Part shown: piece by piece, positions 43,642 to 54,169 of the stretch
How positions within the stretch are numbered: the first letter of the stretch is position 1
Layout: each line of letters opens with the position of its first letter
Source: an uncultured Thermoprotei archaeon
GTDB taxonomy: Archaea > Thermoproteota > Thermoprotei > Thermofilales > B15-G2
DNA length: 64,000 nucleotides
NCBI GenBank assembly: GCA_965367815.1
Contig: CBDUKN010000008.1
Span: 32,001-96,000, forward strand
Direction of reading: 5' to 3'
Notes under the pieces: generated by a model
Told to the model about the DNA's origin: nothing
The model's database searches: none
The model's input: only the letters and a program-made list of their open reading frames with translations
Position numbers and translations under genes: made by a program

Positions 43642-44943
43642 TTACTTTCCTATTTTAGCTGGTTTTACATCGATGACTGTTCCTGCAGCTACTGTTCTAC
43701 CAGAGTCTCTTATAGCGAACCTGCCTAATGGTGGGAACTCAGAGTATTTTTCTACTACCACTGGTTTTAGTGGCTTTAGCTTAACGATAGCAGCATCTCC
43801 TTGCCTTAGGTAAGATGGATGATCCTCTACAGTGGCGCCTGTTCTGGGATCTAGCTTCTTAACTAATTCGGCAAATCTTACAGGTACAGTGGCTGTGTGT
43901 ATGTGTAATACTGGTGTATAGCCTGCGCCTATTGCTGTCGGGTGGTATAGTACGAAGATTCTTGCTACAAACTCTTCTGCTACCGTAGGCGATGAAGTTG
44001 GATGACCGCATACGTCGCCTCTTCTTAATTCGTCTCTCGCAATACCTTTAACGTTGAATCCTATGTTGTCACCGGGCATTGCTTTCTCGATTCTTACGTG
44101 GTGTGTTTCTATAGACTTTACTTCACCCTTCTTGTTTGGTGGCATGAAGACCACTACATCACCTACCTTAAGTATTCCTGTCTCAACACGTCCAACAGGA
44201 ACTGTGCCTACTCCTGTAATTGAATATACATCCTGGATTGGTATTCTTAGAGGCTTGTCTACTGGTCGTGGAGGAACTTCGAATGTGTCAAGTGCTTCGA
44301 TTAGTGTAGGTCCCTTGTACCATGGCATGTTGGGGCTTGGTTTAATTAAGTTGTCTCCATAGTAAGCGGAGACTGGTACAAATGGTATTTTATCTACTTT
44401 GTATCCGACCATTCTGAGAAGCTTACTTACTCCTTGTTTTACTTCTTCGTAGCGCTCTTGGCTCCAGTTCACTGTGTCCATCTTGTTGATTGCTACAACT
44501 AGCTGGTTAATACCCATCGTTTTAGCTAAGAATATGTGCTCTCTAGTTTGTCCTGCAGGACCTGTACCGGCTTCATATTCTCCTTGCTTAGCTGAAACTA
44601 CTAATATGGCACAGTCTGCCTGAGAAGCTCCAGTTACCATGTTTTTAACAAAGTCTCTATGGCCTGGACAATCAATTAATGTGAAGAAGAATTTCTTTGT
44701 CTCGAACTTGAAAAATGATAAGTCAATGGTCATGTCACGCTCTCTTTCCTCCTTGTATGTATCTAGAATCCATGCCCACTTAGCAAACTCTTTTCCAGAT
44801 TTTTTAGCTAGCTCCTCTAGTTCTTTGATTTTTCTTTCGTCAACGTGTCCTGTTAGGAAGAGTAGGTGACCTGTTAGTGTAGACTTACCGTGGTCTACGT
44901 GACCTATTATTACTAAGTTTAAGTGAGGTTTTTCAGAGGACAT
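43642..44943 (-). CDS. tuf: Elongation factor 1-alpha
   Basis: [25 protein letters not shown]. Confidence 0.98.
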   Translation of the reverse strand: MSSEKPHLNLVIIGHVDHGKSTLTGHLLFLTGHVDERKIKELEELAKKSGKEFAKWAWILDTYKEERERDMTIDLSFFKFETKKFFFTLIDCPGHRDFVKNMVTGASQADCAILVVSAKQGEYEAGTGPAGQTREHIFLAKTMGINQLVVAINKMDTVNWSQERYEEVKQGVSKLLRMVGYKVDKIPFVPVSAYYGDNLIKPSPNMPWYKGPTLIEALDTFEVPPRPVDKPLRIPIQDVYSITGVGTVPVGRVETGILKVGDVVVFMPPNKKGEVKSIETHHVRIEKAMPGDNIGFNVKGIARDELRRGDVCGHPTSSPTVAEEFVARIFVLYHPTAIGAGYTPVLHIHTATVPVRFAELVKKLDPRTGATVEDHPSYLRQGDAAIVKLKPLKPVVVEKYSEFPPLGRFAIRDSGRTVAAGTVIDVKPAKIGK

Positions 44944-45071
44944 ACTTCTCACCCACTGCGAACAGACATTACCTTAGCTCCTATTTAAACTTTCCCCATG
45001 AGATTAAAGCTTAAAAAGAAAATCTCGATAGTTACGATTAGACAACTAAGCAATTAAGAGAGGTGTAGACA

Positions 45072-45590
45072 ATGGATATCTGGTCTCTCTACTTCGCAAT
45101 AATAGAAGCTCTCAGAAACATGCTCCTGCCTCTGTATACTTCATCGTATCCATTATTCTTACTTGCATTAACACTTTTCATGACAACATTTATACTATTA
45201 ACAATAATACTAAATATATTACTAGTCAACTATAAGAAAATATCATATTTAACACAAGAGATAATTGCTTGGGAAAAAGCAAAGGAAAGGGCTATAAAAA
45301 CAAAAAATAGAAAGCTTTATAATAAGATTATGAGACAAAAAACTAGAATAAGTAATATTAAAACCGAAATGGAAAAAGAAAAAATGAAAGGCTATATAAT
45401 AAGCGCAATAGTATGGATTATTTCATTTAAAATACTAACAGATATATTTACTAACGTAAACATTATATATGCACCATTTCTAGGACGCCCAATAAATGTA
45501 ACTTACTACTTTATATTAATAAGCATATGGCTATACCCTATGATAACATATTTAATGCAGAGTAAAATATTAAAGATAAAACTATTATAA
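45072..45590 (+). CDS. DUF106/EMC3-TMCO1-like membrane protein
   Basis: TM-coiled coil-TM layout; position before rpl34e-cmk-rpl14e-cbf5. Confidence 0.65.
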   Translation: MDIWSLYFAIIEALRNMLLPLYTSSYPLFLLALTLFMTTFILLTIILNILLVNYKKISYLTQEIIAWEKAKERAIKTKNRKLYNKIMRQKTRISNIKTEMEKEKMKGYIISAIVWIISFKILTDIFTNVNIIYAPFLGRPINVTYYFILISIWLYPMITYLMQSKILKIKLL

Positions 45591-45675
45591 ACTATTCATC
45601 GTCCTTTTACACAATAGACACATAAGCCGGAGAGAAATATTTAAAATATAGTACCTATATCCTCTTTGAAGACCC

Positions 45676-45936
45676 ATGCCGAGACCTGCTCTAAGGAGCA
45701 GGAGTCTTAGGAGAGTAAAGGTAAGAACTCCTGGAGGCCGCACTGCAATACATTATGAGAAGAGAAAACATAATGTTCCGAAGTGTGCCATATGTAAGAA
45801 ACCATTACGGGGCGTAGGCAAATTAACAGCAAGAGAAGAAAGAAAGGGCGTTCGTATGCCTACCAGACCTTTTGGTGGCTACCTATGTCACTTATGTCTG
45901 GAAAAAGCTCTCAAGAAAGCCATAAGGGGAATTTAA
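45676..45936 (+). CDS. rpl34e: 50S ribosomal protein L34e
   Basis: RTPGG, CAIC, RPFGGYLC. Confidence 0.96.
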   Translation: MPRPALRSRSLRRVKVRTPGGRTAIHYEKRKHNVPKCAICKKPLRGVGKLTAREERKGVRMPTRPFGGYLCHLCLEKALKKAIRGI

Positions 45937-46475
45937 GAAATCTAGTAATAGCAATAAGCGGATCCCCTGGCTCTGGAAAAAGTACATGCGCGAAAATCTT
46001 AGCTAAGAAATATGGATTAAGATATATTTCTGCAGGAAAGCTTTTCAGAGAACTGGCCAAGAAAAAGGGTATCAGTACAGAAGATCTCCATAAATTAGCT
46101 GAAAAGAACTATGAAATCGACAAATACATTGACAATAGATCTCTTGAAGAAGCTAAAAAAGGTTATGCAGTAATAGAAGGCCATCTAACTGCATGGATAT
46201 TAAAAGATATAGCAGATGTAAAAATATATTTAAAAGCATCACTTGAAGAAAGAGCAAAAAGAATTTCTCAGAGAGATAAAATTCCTATAGATAAAGCATT
46301 AAAAGAAATATTATTTAGAGAAAAATCAAATAAAGAAAGATTTAAGAAAATATACAACATAGATACAGATGATTTAAGTATATTTGATCTTATTATTGAT
46401 ACAACAAGAATATCACCGTATACTGTAGTTAAAATAATCTCTATATACATAGATTCATTAAATATCGAGAAGTGA
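45885..46475 (+). CDS. cmk: Cytidylate kinase
   Basis: ISGSPGSGKST, SAGKLFR, EGHL; start uncertain. Confidence 0.92.
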   Translation: MSLMSGKSSQESHKGNLRNLVIAISGSPGSGKSTCAKILAKKYGLRYISAGKLFRELAKKKGISTEDLHKLAEKNYEIDKYIDNRSLEEAKKGYAVIEGHLTAWILKDIADVKIYLKASLEERAKRISQRDKIPIDKALKEILFREKSNKERFKKIYNIDTDDLSIFDLIIDTTRISPYTVVKIISIYIDSLNIEK

Positions 46476-46636
46476 AGATAAAACAAAAACAAGTAACGTT
46501 ACTATTGGTTAATTTAAATACAATTCCTTTATATAAAATACTATAACAGTATTTAAAACAACTTGCTTATCGAGACCACAACATCTTTAATAGTAAAATT
46601 TAATTATATGCAAAAAGTCTTCTTAGAGGATCCGAT

Positions 46637-46924
46637 ATGACTGCGTTTTCAATAGGAAGAATCTGCGTAAAACTAAGAGGGCGTGAAGCAGGAAGAAAGT
46701 GTGTTATCGTCGATATAATAGACGACAGATTTGTACTAGTAACAGGACCTAAAGAAATTAGTGGTGTAAAGCGTAGACGTGCAAACGTTAAACATTTAGA
46801 GCCTACAAAATACAAAATAAATATTCAGAGAAATGCATCAGACGAGGAAGTAAAGAAAGCATTAGAAGAAGCGGGTCTAATAGACTTCATGCGGGAAAAT
46901 GTAGCTCCTAAGCTATCTATATAA
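46637..46924 (+). CDS. rpl14e: 50S ribosomal protein L14e
   Basis: [21 protein letters not shown]. Confidence 0.96.
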   Translation: MTAFSIGRICVKLRGREAGRKCVIVDIIDDRFVLVTGPKEISGVKRRRANVKHLEPTKYKINIQRNASDEEVKKALEEAGLIDFMRENVAPKLSI

Positions 46925-46983
46925 TTTTTCTAAAGATTCAAGGTACAGCAACGAATTTATAGTAGAATTAAATTTCGATCTTT

Positions 46984-47998
46984 ATGACATTTATCCGTGA
47001 AAGAGAGGTACTTATACGAGACGAAGAAGAAACGGATCCAAGATATGGAAAACCGCCAAGCGAGCGTACTGTTGAAGAACTTCTTGAACTGGGAGTTATT
47101 AACTTAGATAAACCTAGAGGTCCATCAAGCCACGAGGTAACTGCATGGGTAAAGAAGATACTCAATGTTCCTAAAGCTGGTCATGCTGGAACCCTAGAGC
47201 CCCTTTAGGGGGCGGGGATACCCTAAAGTCTCAGGTGTCCTTCCTGTAGCATTAAACAGAGCTACTAGAGTTTTAGCAGCTGTTATGAAAGCACCCAAAG
47301 AGTATGTGTGCGTAATGAAACTTCATGGAGAGGTGAGTGAAGAAGATCTAAAAAATGTAGTAAGCGAGTTTATAGGACCTATTTATCAACGTCCTCCTCT
47401 CCGGTCTGCTGTTAAAAGAGTAATTAGAGTGCGTAGAGTCTACTTAATAGAAATATTGGAAATAAAAATGCCCTATGTCCTTATGAAAATAAGCTGTGAA
47501 GCAGGAACATACATACGCAAACTAGTTCACGATATAGGTGTTGTACTTGGATGCGGAGCACATATGCAGGAACTCAGACGAATACGTGCAGGTCCCTTTT
47601 CTGAAGAAGAAAACCTCGCTACACTACACGATGTAAAGGACGCCTACGATGAGTGGAAAGAATCTGGGGACTCAAGACTTCTTAAGGAAGTAATTTTACC
47701 CGTTGAAAAAGCTGTTGAGCATTTACCCCATATAGTGATTAGAGATAGTGCAGTGGATGCCATTTGTCATGGAGCTCAATTAGCTGTGCCCGGAATACTA
47801 CGTGTAGAAACAGGCATTAAGGTAGGAACACTGGTAGCAATATTTACTCAGAAAGGAGAATTAGTGGCTATAGGAAAAGCTTTGATGAGAAGCGAAGAAA
47901 TGGCTAGCTCGAGGAGAGGAATAGCTGTTAAACCTACATGCGTAGTTATGAAACCTGGCACATATCCTCCCATGTGGAAATCTAAATCTAGCAAATAG
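46984..47998 (+). CDS. cbf5: H/ACA pseudouridine synthase Cbf5, intron-containing: join(46984..47197,47220..47998), 330 aa
   Basis: [12 protein letters not shown]...GHAGTL[D]PKVSGVLP is restored by removing 22 nt; C-terminal PUA domain. Confidence 0.95.
47198..47219 (+). other. 22-nt BHB-type intron in the cbf5 catalytic Asp codon
   Basis: CCCT-AG^A-GCCCC-TTTAG-GGGGC-GGGG-AT^A; splicing yields CTA GAC CCT (LDP); exon-side helix relaxed. Confidence 0.9.
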
Positions 47999-48047
47999 TA
48001 AGTAGCAAAGAGTAAGAAATATATTTCGCAATAAAAAGAATAAAGAC

Positions 48048-48147
48048 GCCGGGGTGGCCGAGTGGTCTAAGGCGTCGGCCTTGAGACCTCGCGTAGAGAA
48101 AGCCGATGGCCCTATGGGCCGCGTGGGTTCAAATCCCACCCCCGGCG
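48048..48147 (+). tRNA. tRNA-Ser(TGA) with 15-nt intron at 37/38 (48086-48100)
   Basis: Body identical to tRNA-Ser(GGA) except position 34, plus insert ACCTCGCGTAGAGAA. Confidence 0.92.
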
Positions 48148-48234
48148 CAAAATCCGTCTTATTTTGAGTAAAACTTATAAACTGTAATGCAAGGAAAATG
48201 AGAGATAATAATAGACTATCTGAAGTGAAGGAAT

Positions 48235-48684
48235 ATGAGCCAGGAATTTAAGTATATAGTAAGAATCGCGGATAAAGATCTTCCAGGAGACCAAAACCTT
48301 CCTTATGCACTTGCAAAAATAAAAGGTATAGGCGTAAACACAGCGATGGCTATATGCAGATATCTGGGCTTATCACCTTATACTAAGCTAGGCACTCTTT
48401 CAGCTGAACAGATTAAAAAGATAGACGAACTAGTTAGAGACTTAACTAAAATAAATCCCCCAAGGTGGTTCGTCAATAGACCAAGAGATCTCTTCACTGG
48501 AGAAGACAGGCACTTAGTGGGTTCAGATCTTATCATCGCTGTAAAAGGAGATATAGAGTTCTTAAAGAAAATTAAATGCTGGAGAGGTATTAGACACGCT
48601 CTTGGACTCAAAGTCAGAGGACAATGCACTAGAACTACTGGTAGAACCGGAATTACTGTTGGAGTTAAAAGACGTAAGAAGTAA
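48235..48684 (+). CDS. rps13: 30S ribosomal protein S13 (uS13)
   Basis: IKGIG, RGIRHALGLKVRGQ. Confidence 0.97.
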   Translation: MSQEFKYIVRIADKDLPGDQNLPYALAKIKGIGVNTAMAICRYLGLSPYTKLGTLSAEQIKKIDELVRDLTKINPPRWFVNRPRDLFTGEDRHLVGSDLIIAVKGDIEFLKKIKCWRGIRHALGLKVRGQCTRTTGRTGITVGVKRRKK

Positions 48685-48695
48685 GGGGGATATAT

Positions 48696-49217
48696 ATGGG
48701 AGACCCTAAAAGACCTAAGAAAAAGTGGGAAGGTCCGTTTCACCCTTGGAGAAAAGATATTTTAATGCAGGAACTCGAGCTCGTAGGAAAATATGGCTTA
48801 CGAAATAAGAGAGAACTCTGGATAGCAAAGACTATCCTCAGAAAGATTAGAGCAAATGCTAGACGTCTCTTAGCTCTTCCAGAGGAAGAAAGAAAAGTTC
48901 GTGAAAAAGAACTCATAAATAGACTGTACAAAATGGGCCTTCTCCCATCTCCAGAAGCAACACTAGATGATGTACTTAATTTAACTGTCGAAAATATTCT
49001 CGATAGAAGGCTTCAAACCATAGTCTACAATAAAGGTTTGGCAAAAACAATATACCAGGCAAGGCAATTAATAGTACACGGTCATATTGTGATAGGCGAT
49101 AGAAGAGTTAGAAGTCCAGGTCATCTTGTTTCCATTGAAGAAGAAAACTTAGTAGACCTTCATCCTAATTCTCCCTTTAGAAAAATGTTAGAAGAAGCTA
49201 AAGGTGAGGCGGCATGA
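48696..49217 (+). CDS. rps4: 30S ribosomal protein S4 (uS4)
   Basis: [27 protein letters not shown]. Confidence 0.97.
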   Translation: MGDPKRPKKKWEGPFHPWRKDILMQELELVGKYGLRNKRELWIAKTILRKIRANARRLLALPEEERKVREKELINRLYKMGLLPSPEATLDDVLNLTVENILDRRLQTIVYNKGLAKTIYQARQLIVHGHIVIGDRRVRSPGHLVSIEEENLVDLHPNSPFRKMLEEAKGEAA

Positions 49218-49630
49218 GCGGAGAAGGCTTAATTGAAAGAGTCAAAAAGGAGAAATGGGGTATTGCACATATATACGCAAGCTTTAATAATACAATTATC
49301 ATCATCACCGACTTAACAGGCGCTGAAACTATTGCACGGGCTAGTGGAGGAATGGTAGCTAGAGCTGATAGAGACAAACCAAGCCCCTGGGCAGCAATGC
49401 AAGCTGCCATGAGAGCTGCTCAAGAAGCCTTAGCTAAAGGTATAGTAGGCGTCCACGTAAAGGTCAGAGCCCCCGGTGGATATGGATCAAAAACTCCTGG
49501 CCCCGGAGCAGGTCCAGCGATTCGAGCATTAGTACGCGCAGGTCTACTTGTAGATAGAATAGAGGACATAACACCAACTCCAACAGATAGTATAAGAAAA
49601 CCTGGCGGAAGAAGAGGAAGAAGAGTCTAA
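49214..49630 (+). CDS. rps11: 30S ribosomal protein S11 (uS11)
   Basis: [18 protein letters not shown]. Confidence 0.97.
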   Translation: MSGEGLIERVKKEKWGIAHIYASFNNTIIIITDLTGAETIARASGGMVARADRDKPSPWAAMQAAMRAAQEALAKGIVGVHVKVRAPGGYGSKTPGPGAGPAIRALVRAGLLVDRIEDITPTPTDSIRKPGGRRGRRV

Positions 49631-49635
49631 ATACT

Positions 49636-50496
49636 TTACTCAAAAATTATACTTGCGTATCCTACTACTGCGCTTTTATCTCCAGTAACATCACCTGAAG
49701 TCGCGTACTTTAAAAGTCTTATATTGTGTTTTTTAAGACCTTCAGCCAAAATCATTACTGTCATTATAGGCCCTACTCCGCATATACTCACATCATTTTC
49801 TATAACATAGTTGTAAAAGTCGTTTATTTTAAGCTCTTTAATCAAATTTATTGCTTTCATATCTTTTACAAGAGCCTTTTCATAAGGCTCATAGTGCGAA
49901 AAGTCACTACTCGCTATTACAGCAAAGACCTTATCTCTGTATTTTTTAATAATGGCTTTTATAGCATTTGCTATGTCTTCTGCTGCTTCAGGTGCTTGAA
50001 ATCTCATAGCTATAGGTATTATCTTGAAACTACCTTCAGGGTATATGTACTGGAGGAAAGGTATCTGAACTTCTATTGAGTGCTCATACATATGTGCTAA
50101 ATTATCGACTTCTAATAGGCTTGCTGAAGCCACTAGTTCTTTAATAGCGTCTTTATCGAGCTCTACTTCACCTAATGGTGTTCTCCAAGCATCTTCATTC
50201 GATACCGCTAAAGCTGAACCTACACCATGATGATTCGGTCCAATTATGATCACTGTATCAACTGTTCCAATTTCAGCAAATCTATAGTACCCATAGCTAG
50301 CTACAGGTCCTGAGTACATGTATCCTGCATGAGGACTTACCAAAAGTAGTGTAGTTTCAGCTCTTCTTTGAGGTCTTGGAGGTATTTTTCCAACTCCTAT
50401 TTTATGGAGAAAACACTCTTCAATTTGCTTTCTGAGCCCTGAAGGATCACTTTCATAGAAATATCCAGCTACAGCAGGTGATCTAACGTTTCTCAC
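49636..50496 (-). CDS. MEMO1 family (AmmeMemoRadiSam B) protein
   Basis: PAVAGYFY, PHAGYMYSG, EHSIEVQ, SSDFSHY. Confidence 0.93.
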   Translation of the reverse strand: MRNVRSPAVAGYFYESDPSGLRKQIEECFLHKIGVGKIPPRPQRRAETTLLLVSPHAGYMYSGPVASYGYYRFAEIGTVDTVIIIGPNHHGVGSALAVSNEDAWRTPLGEVELDKDAIKELVASASLLEVDNLAHMYEHSIEVQIPFLQYIYPEGSFKIIPIAMRFQAPEAAEDIANAIKAIIKKYRDKVFAVIASSDFSHYEPYEKALVKDMKAINLIKELKINDFYNYVIENDVSICGVGPIMTVMILAEGLKKHNIRLLKYATSGDVTGDKSAVVGYASIIFE

Positions 50497-50525
50497 AAAA
50501 TACTTTTACACGTACTTGTTAAAAA

Positions 50526-51179
50526 TTATTCCTGTACTGTTGGGACTTTAGCTTCGAAGTCTTCAGGCGTCTCTGCTAACGTTGCACTAGGCGGGAGTTC
50601 TCCACGTTCACGAAGAACCTGAACTGTTAGTAGCCAATAAATTAATGCAAGCGCTTTACGTCCTTTATTGTTTGTCGGAATTATAAGTTCTACAAACGAA
50701 CAATTGCTGTCTGTGTCACAGAGAGCTATTACAGGTATTCCTTCTTGTGCAGCTTCGCTGAGAGCTTGAGAGTCGGCCCTTGGATCTGTTATGACTAGTA
50801 AATCAGCCTCAATAAAATTGGGTAGACTTGGGTTAGTGAGCGTACCAGGTATGAACCTTCCAACAATAGGTTTGCAGCCAGTGTATGTACAGAACTTCTC
50901 AACAGGCTTCTGGCCATACTGTCTTGCCGATACAACGACTACTTTATGTGGTTCATAGTTAGCAATCATTCTAGCTGCAAGCCTTATTCTTTTGTCGATT
51001 TTTGTTATATCTAAGAGTGCTAGACCGTCAGGTCTTATTGAATAAATAAATTTTTTCATGTACTTAGTTTTAATATGAGTGCCTACTCTAACGCCTGCTG
51101 TTAGATAAACCTCTCGTGGGACAAGTAGTTCTTCTTCTTTTTTATCTGCTTCTCCACCTATACCCGGCATTGCTCTCAC
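50526..51179 (-). CDS. rps2: 30S ribosomal protein S2 (uS2)
   Basis: [17 protein letters not shown]. Confidence 0.97.
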   Translation of the reverse strand: MRAMPGIGGEADKKEEELLVPREVYLTAGVRVGTHIKTKYMKKFIYSIRPDGLALLDITKIDKRIRLAARMIANYEPHKVVVVSARQYGQKPVEKFCTYTGCKPIVGRFIPGTLTNPSLPNFIEADLLVITDPRADSQALSEAAQEGIPVIALCDTDSNCSFVELIIPTNNKGRKALALIYWLLTVQVLRERGELPPSATLAETPEDFEAKVPTVQE

Positions 51180-52435
51180 CTAATTCTGATTTCAGCCATA
51201 CGAGCACTTTCCCCAATATATTCGCTTATTCTTATTAATTCGTTTAACTTAGCTATTCTCTCTCCGTTAACAGTACCTGTTTTAATTATAGGACATCTGA
51301 AAGCAACGGCCAAATGAGCTATAGTCGTATCTTCTGTTTCGCCAGAACGATGACTCATTACAGGAATGTAGTCATTCCGTTTAGCAAGTTCTATAGCTTC
51401 GTAAGTATCTGTGAGAGTTCCTATTTGATTTGGCTTAATAATAATTGCATTAGCAGCTCCCACTTCAATGCCTCCCGATAACCGTTTTACATTGGTTGTG
51501 AATAAATCATCGCCTACTATCATAGTTTTTCCTCTAAATTCCTTAGTTAATTTAGCAAAATTTTCGAAGTCTTCCTCATGAAATGGATCTTCAACGTAAA
51601 TCAGATTATATTCATCGATCAATCTTGAGATATATTCATATTGCTCTTCGGGAGTTCTCTCCACCCCCTCTCTTGTATAAACGTATTTTCCTTTGCTCTC
51701 ATTCCAGAGCGATGATGCTGCAATATCTACTCCTACTCTAACTTCAATTCCTGTCTCTTTTTCTACTTCTTCGCAAACTTTAGCAACAATTTTCAAAGCA
51801 TCTTCATTAGAGAGATTTGCGGTCCAAGCTCCTTCGTCGTTTTTCCCTCCAGCAAAGTTTGGGTCAACTTTTTTAATGTATTTTGGCAAGTACTTATGGA
51901 CCGTTACATTGGCTTTAATTGCATCGAAGATATTTGTTGCTCCTACAGGCAGAACAAGTATTTCTTGAATATCTTGCGCTACTCCTTTTGAGTGCTTTCC
52001 TCCTCCCAGAACATTTCCAAGAGGATAGGGAAGTTCGCAAGCCATGCTTCCTCCTAGATATTCGAAGAGCTCTAGTGCAAGAGAAGATGCAGCAGCTTTA
52101 GCGGTGGCGAGAGACGTCGCTAATACAATAGCTCCTCCCAACTTCTCTAGTCGCTCTGTACCATCTATTTCTCGGAGCTTGCTGTCTATTTCTCTTTGCG
52201 CAGTAGCGTCTAGACCTACTATTTCTGGCACTATTTTATCATAAAATGCTTTAATAGCCTCGTCTATGCCTCCTTGGGGGAAAACTGCTACTTCATTTTT
52301 TCCAGTACTAGCACCTGCTGGTACAGCTGCTTTACCAAATCCATTTTCCGTTATTATTTCGACTTCTACAGTTTCACTACCCCTCGAATTGAATATTTTT
52401 CGTGCTACGGCATCTAATATGTATGTGCTATACAT
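51176..52435 (-). CDS. eno: Enolase
   Basis: [31 protein letters not shown]. Confidence 0.96.
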   Translation of the reverse strand: MYSTYILDAVARKIFNSRGSETVEVEIITENGFGKAAVPAGASTGKNEVAVFPQGGIDEAIKAFYDKIVPEIVGLDATAQREIDSKLREIDGTERLEKLGGAIVLATSLATAKAAASSLALELFEYLGGSMACELPYPLGNVLGGGKHSKGVAQDIQEILVLPVGATNIFDAIKANVTVHKYLPKYIKKVDPNFAGGKNDEGAWTANLSNEDALKIVAKVCEEVEKETGIEVRVGVDIAASSLWNESKGKYVYTREGVERTPEEQYEYISRLIDEYNLIYVEDPFHEEDFENFAKLTKEFRGKTMIVGDDLFTTNVKRLSGGIEVGAANAIIIKPNQIGTLTDTYEAIELAKRNDYIPVMSHRSGETEDTTIAHLAVAFRCPIIKTGTVNGERIAKLNELIRISEYIGESARMAEIRIR

Positions 52436-52539
52436 AAGCCAGTTTCCTACCTTAGTCGCTTTATATAATTTTTACGGTTTTCACTAAAGCCATTACTTAA
52501 GGAAACTATATATACTACCGCCCAGTTTGGTAGAAATGT

Positions 52540-52761
52540 ATGTTTCCTGTTAGATGTTTTACATGCGGAGCTCTAATAGCAGACAAATGGGAAGAGTATA
52601 TAAAAAGAGTAAAAGAAGGCGAAGATCCAGGAAAAGTACTAGATGATTTAGGAATAAAGAGATATTGTTGCAGAAGAATGTTTATTTCCGCTGTAGTCTA
52701 CATAGATGATGTACTTAAATACGAAAAGCCTGCCGAAGAAGACAAGGAATACTATCTGTAG
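52540..52761 (+). CDS. rpoN: RNA polymerase subunit N (Rpo10)
   Basis: [15 protein letters not shown]. Confidence 0.97.
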   Translation: MFPVRCFTCGALIADKWEEYIKRVKEGEDPGKVLDDLGIKRYCCRRMFISAVVYIDDVLKYEKPAEEDKEYYL

Positions 52762-53162
52762 CTTTTCTGTCTTTTAGCTCTAGCAGATCTTCCTCTAGGT
52801 TTCTTTGGTTCTGCTTGTCTTGGATCTTCTACGAGCAGATGTCTGTCATATTCTTCAAAAATTTGTTTAAGCTCGTCTGATTCAAACCACATTACTAGTG
52901 CTCTAGCAATAGCAGTTCTTGCTGCAGACGCTTGACCCATTATACCGCCACCACATGTAGATACTTCTATATCTACTTGATTAACGTACTTTTCTCCGGC
53001 TAAAAGTAACGGCTCCATTATTTTCCATCTTACAAGCTCCGGCTCGTATATCTCTAGAGGAACTCCATTTATTCTCACTCTGCCAATACCAGGTCTTATA
53101 GCTACTCTCGCTCTAGCAGTTTTTCTTCTAGCAGAGACAACAAGTACTTTCATGGATTCCAC
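52752..53162 (-). CDS. rps9: 30S ribosomal protein S9 (uS9)
   Basis: [13 protein letters not shown]. Confidence 0.97.
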   Translation of the reverse strand: MESMKVLVVSARRKTARARVAIRPGIGRVRINGVPLEIYEPELVRWKIMEPLLLAGEKYVNQVDIEVSTCGGGIMGQASAARTAIARALVMWFESDELKQIFEEYDRHLLVEDPRQAEPKKPRGRSARAKRQKSYR

Positions 53163-53599
53163 CCGATGCTCTTAGCAACTTCTTCTAAGTATATATATTT
53201 ATATTTGTCGAGAGGTTTAATGGCTTCCTGAACTACTTCTTTTGGTTTATCTTTAAATTCATCTGGAACACTGATATATACCCGAAGCCTTTTTAGAGCT
53301 ATTCTACCTTTGTACTGTTTTCTAGGCAACATTCCTCGTATCATTCTTTTAAGTATTCTATCAGGTCTTACTGGAAGCTTAGGACCTACTTTCTCCGGAT
53401 TGTAGTATGTTCTCCAAGTAAGCCTCTTCTTAAATTTGTTAATTACTCTTAACCTATCGCCTATAATGACTGCTTTTTCAGCGTTAACTATCACTATTCT
53501 TTCTCCTTTCAAAAGTCTCTTAGCTACTACACTGGCGAGTCTACCAGCTACATGATTTTTTGCATCAATTATTGTATACTCAGAGCTTTCTTTGCTCAT
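53150..53599 (-). CDS. rpl13: 50S ribosomal protein L13 (uL13)
   Basis: GRLASVVAK, IRGMLP. Confidence 0.97.
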   Translation of the reverse strand: MSKESSEYTIIDAKNHVAGRLASVVAKRLLKGERIVIVNAEKAVIIGDRLRVINKFKKRLTWRTYYNPEKVGPKLPVRPDRILKRMIRGMLPRKQYKGRIALKRLRVYISVPDEFKDKPKEVVQEAIKPLDKYKYIYLEEVAKSIGWNP

Positions 53600-53604
53600 C
53601 TACA

Positions 53605-53967
53605 TCACCCTATAATCTTAACATTTGTTCCTCGAGGATTTCTTCTAATAAGTTCCCTTATAGAAATACATTCACCTCCTGCTTTAATTATCTTCTTTCT
53701 GGCTACTGCAGAAAAACGCCATGCTGCTACTGTCACTGGATGTTCGAGATTTCCCCCGCCAAGTACTTTACCAGGAACCACCACTACATCACCTTTGTTT
53801 GTAACTCGAGAAATTCTATCTAAGTTAACTACGATTCGTTTTCTTCGCGGCTTGTAAAGCAACTCAGCTACTGTACGCCATATAGATGCGCCGTATTGCC
53901 TATACGCTTTCTTTAGATCAGACACTAACAATCGTAAATATATGTTAGTAGGCCCTGTTCGCTTCAT
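53605..53967 (-). CDS. rpl18e: 50S ribosomal protein L18e
   Basis: TGPTN, VVVPGKVLG. Confidence 0.96.
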   Translation of the reverse strand: MKRTGPTNIYLRLLVSDLKKAYRQYGASIWRTVAELLYKPRRKRIVVNLDRISRVTNKGDVVVVPGKVLGGGNLEHPVTVAAWRFSAVARKKIIKAGGECISIRELIRRNPRGTNVKIIG

Positions 53968-54169
53968 TTTAACCACGTATTTCAATACCGCTCTTTTAAA
54001 AATTTTACCGTAAATGAGCTTAATAGCCTTTTGAGAACTAGACAGCTAATATAAACGAAAAATCAAGTTTATACAATATACTGTTTTGATCGAGCTAAGA
54101 CTATTATTTACCTAGAATACAAAACGTAAGGAGAACTCTATTTTAAACCACTTCTATAGGACAATAGTT

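Noticed and set aside
46984-47998. cbf5 as a split TruB gene or a programmed frameshift
   Set aside because: The break falls in the catalytic Asp codon and is repaired by BHB-guided removal of 22 nt.
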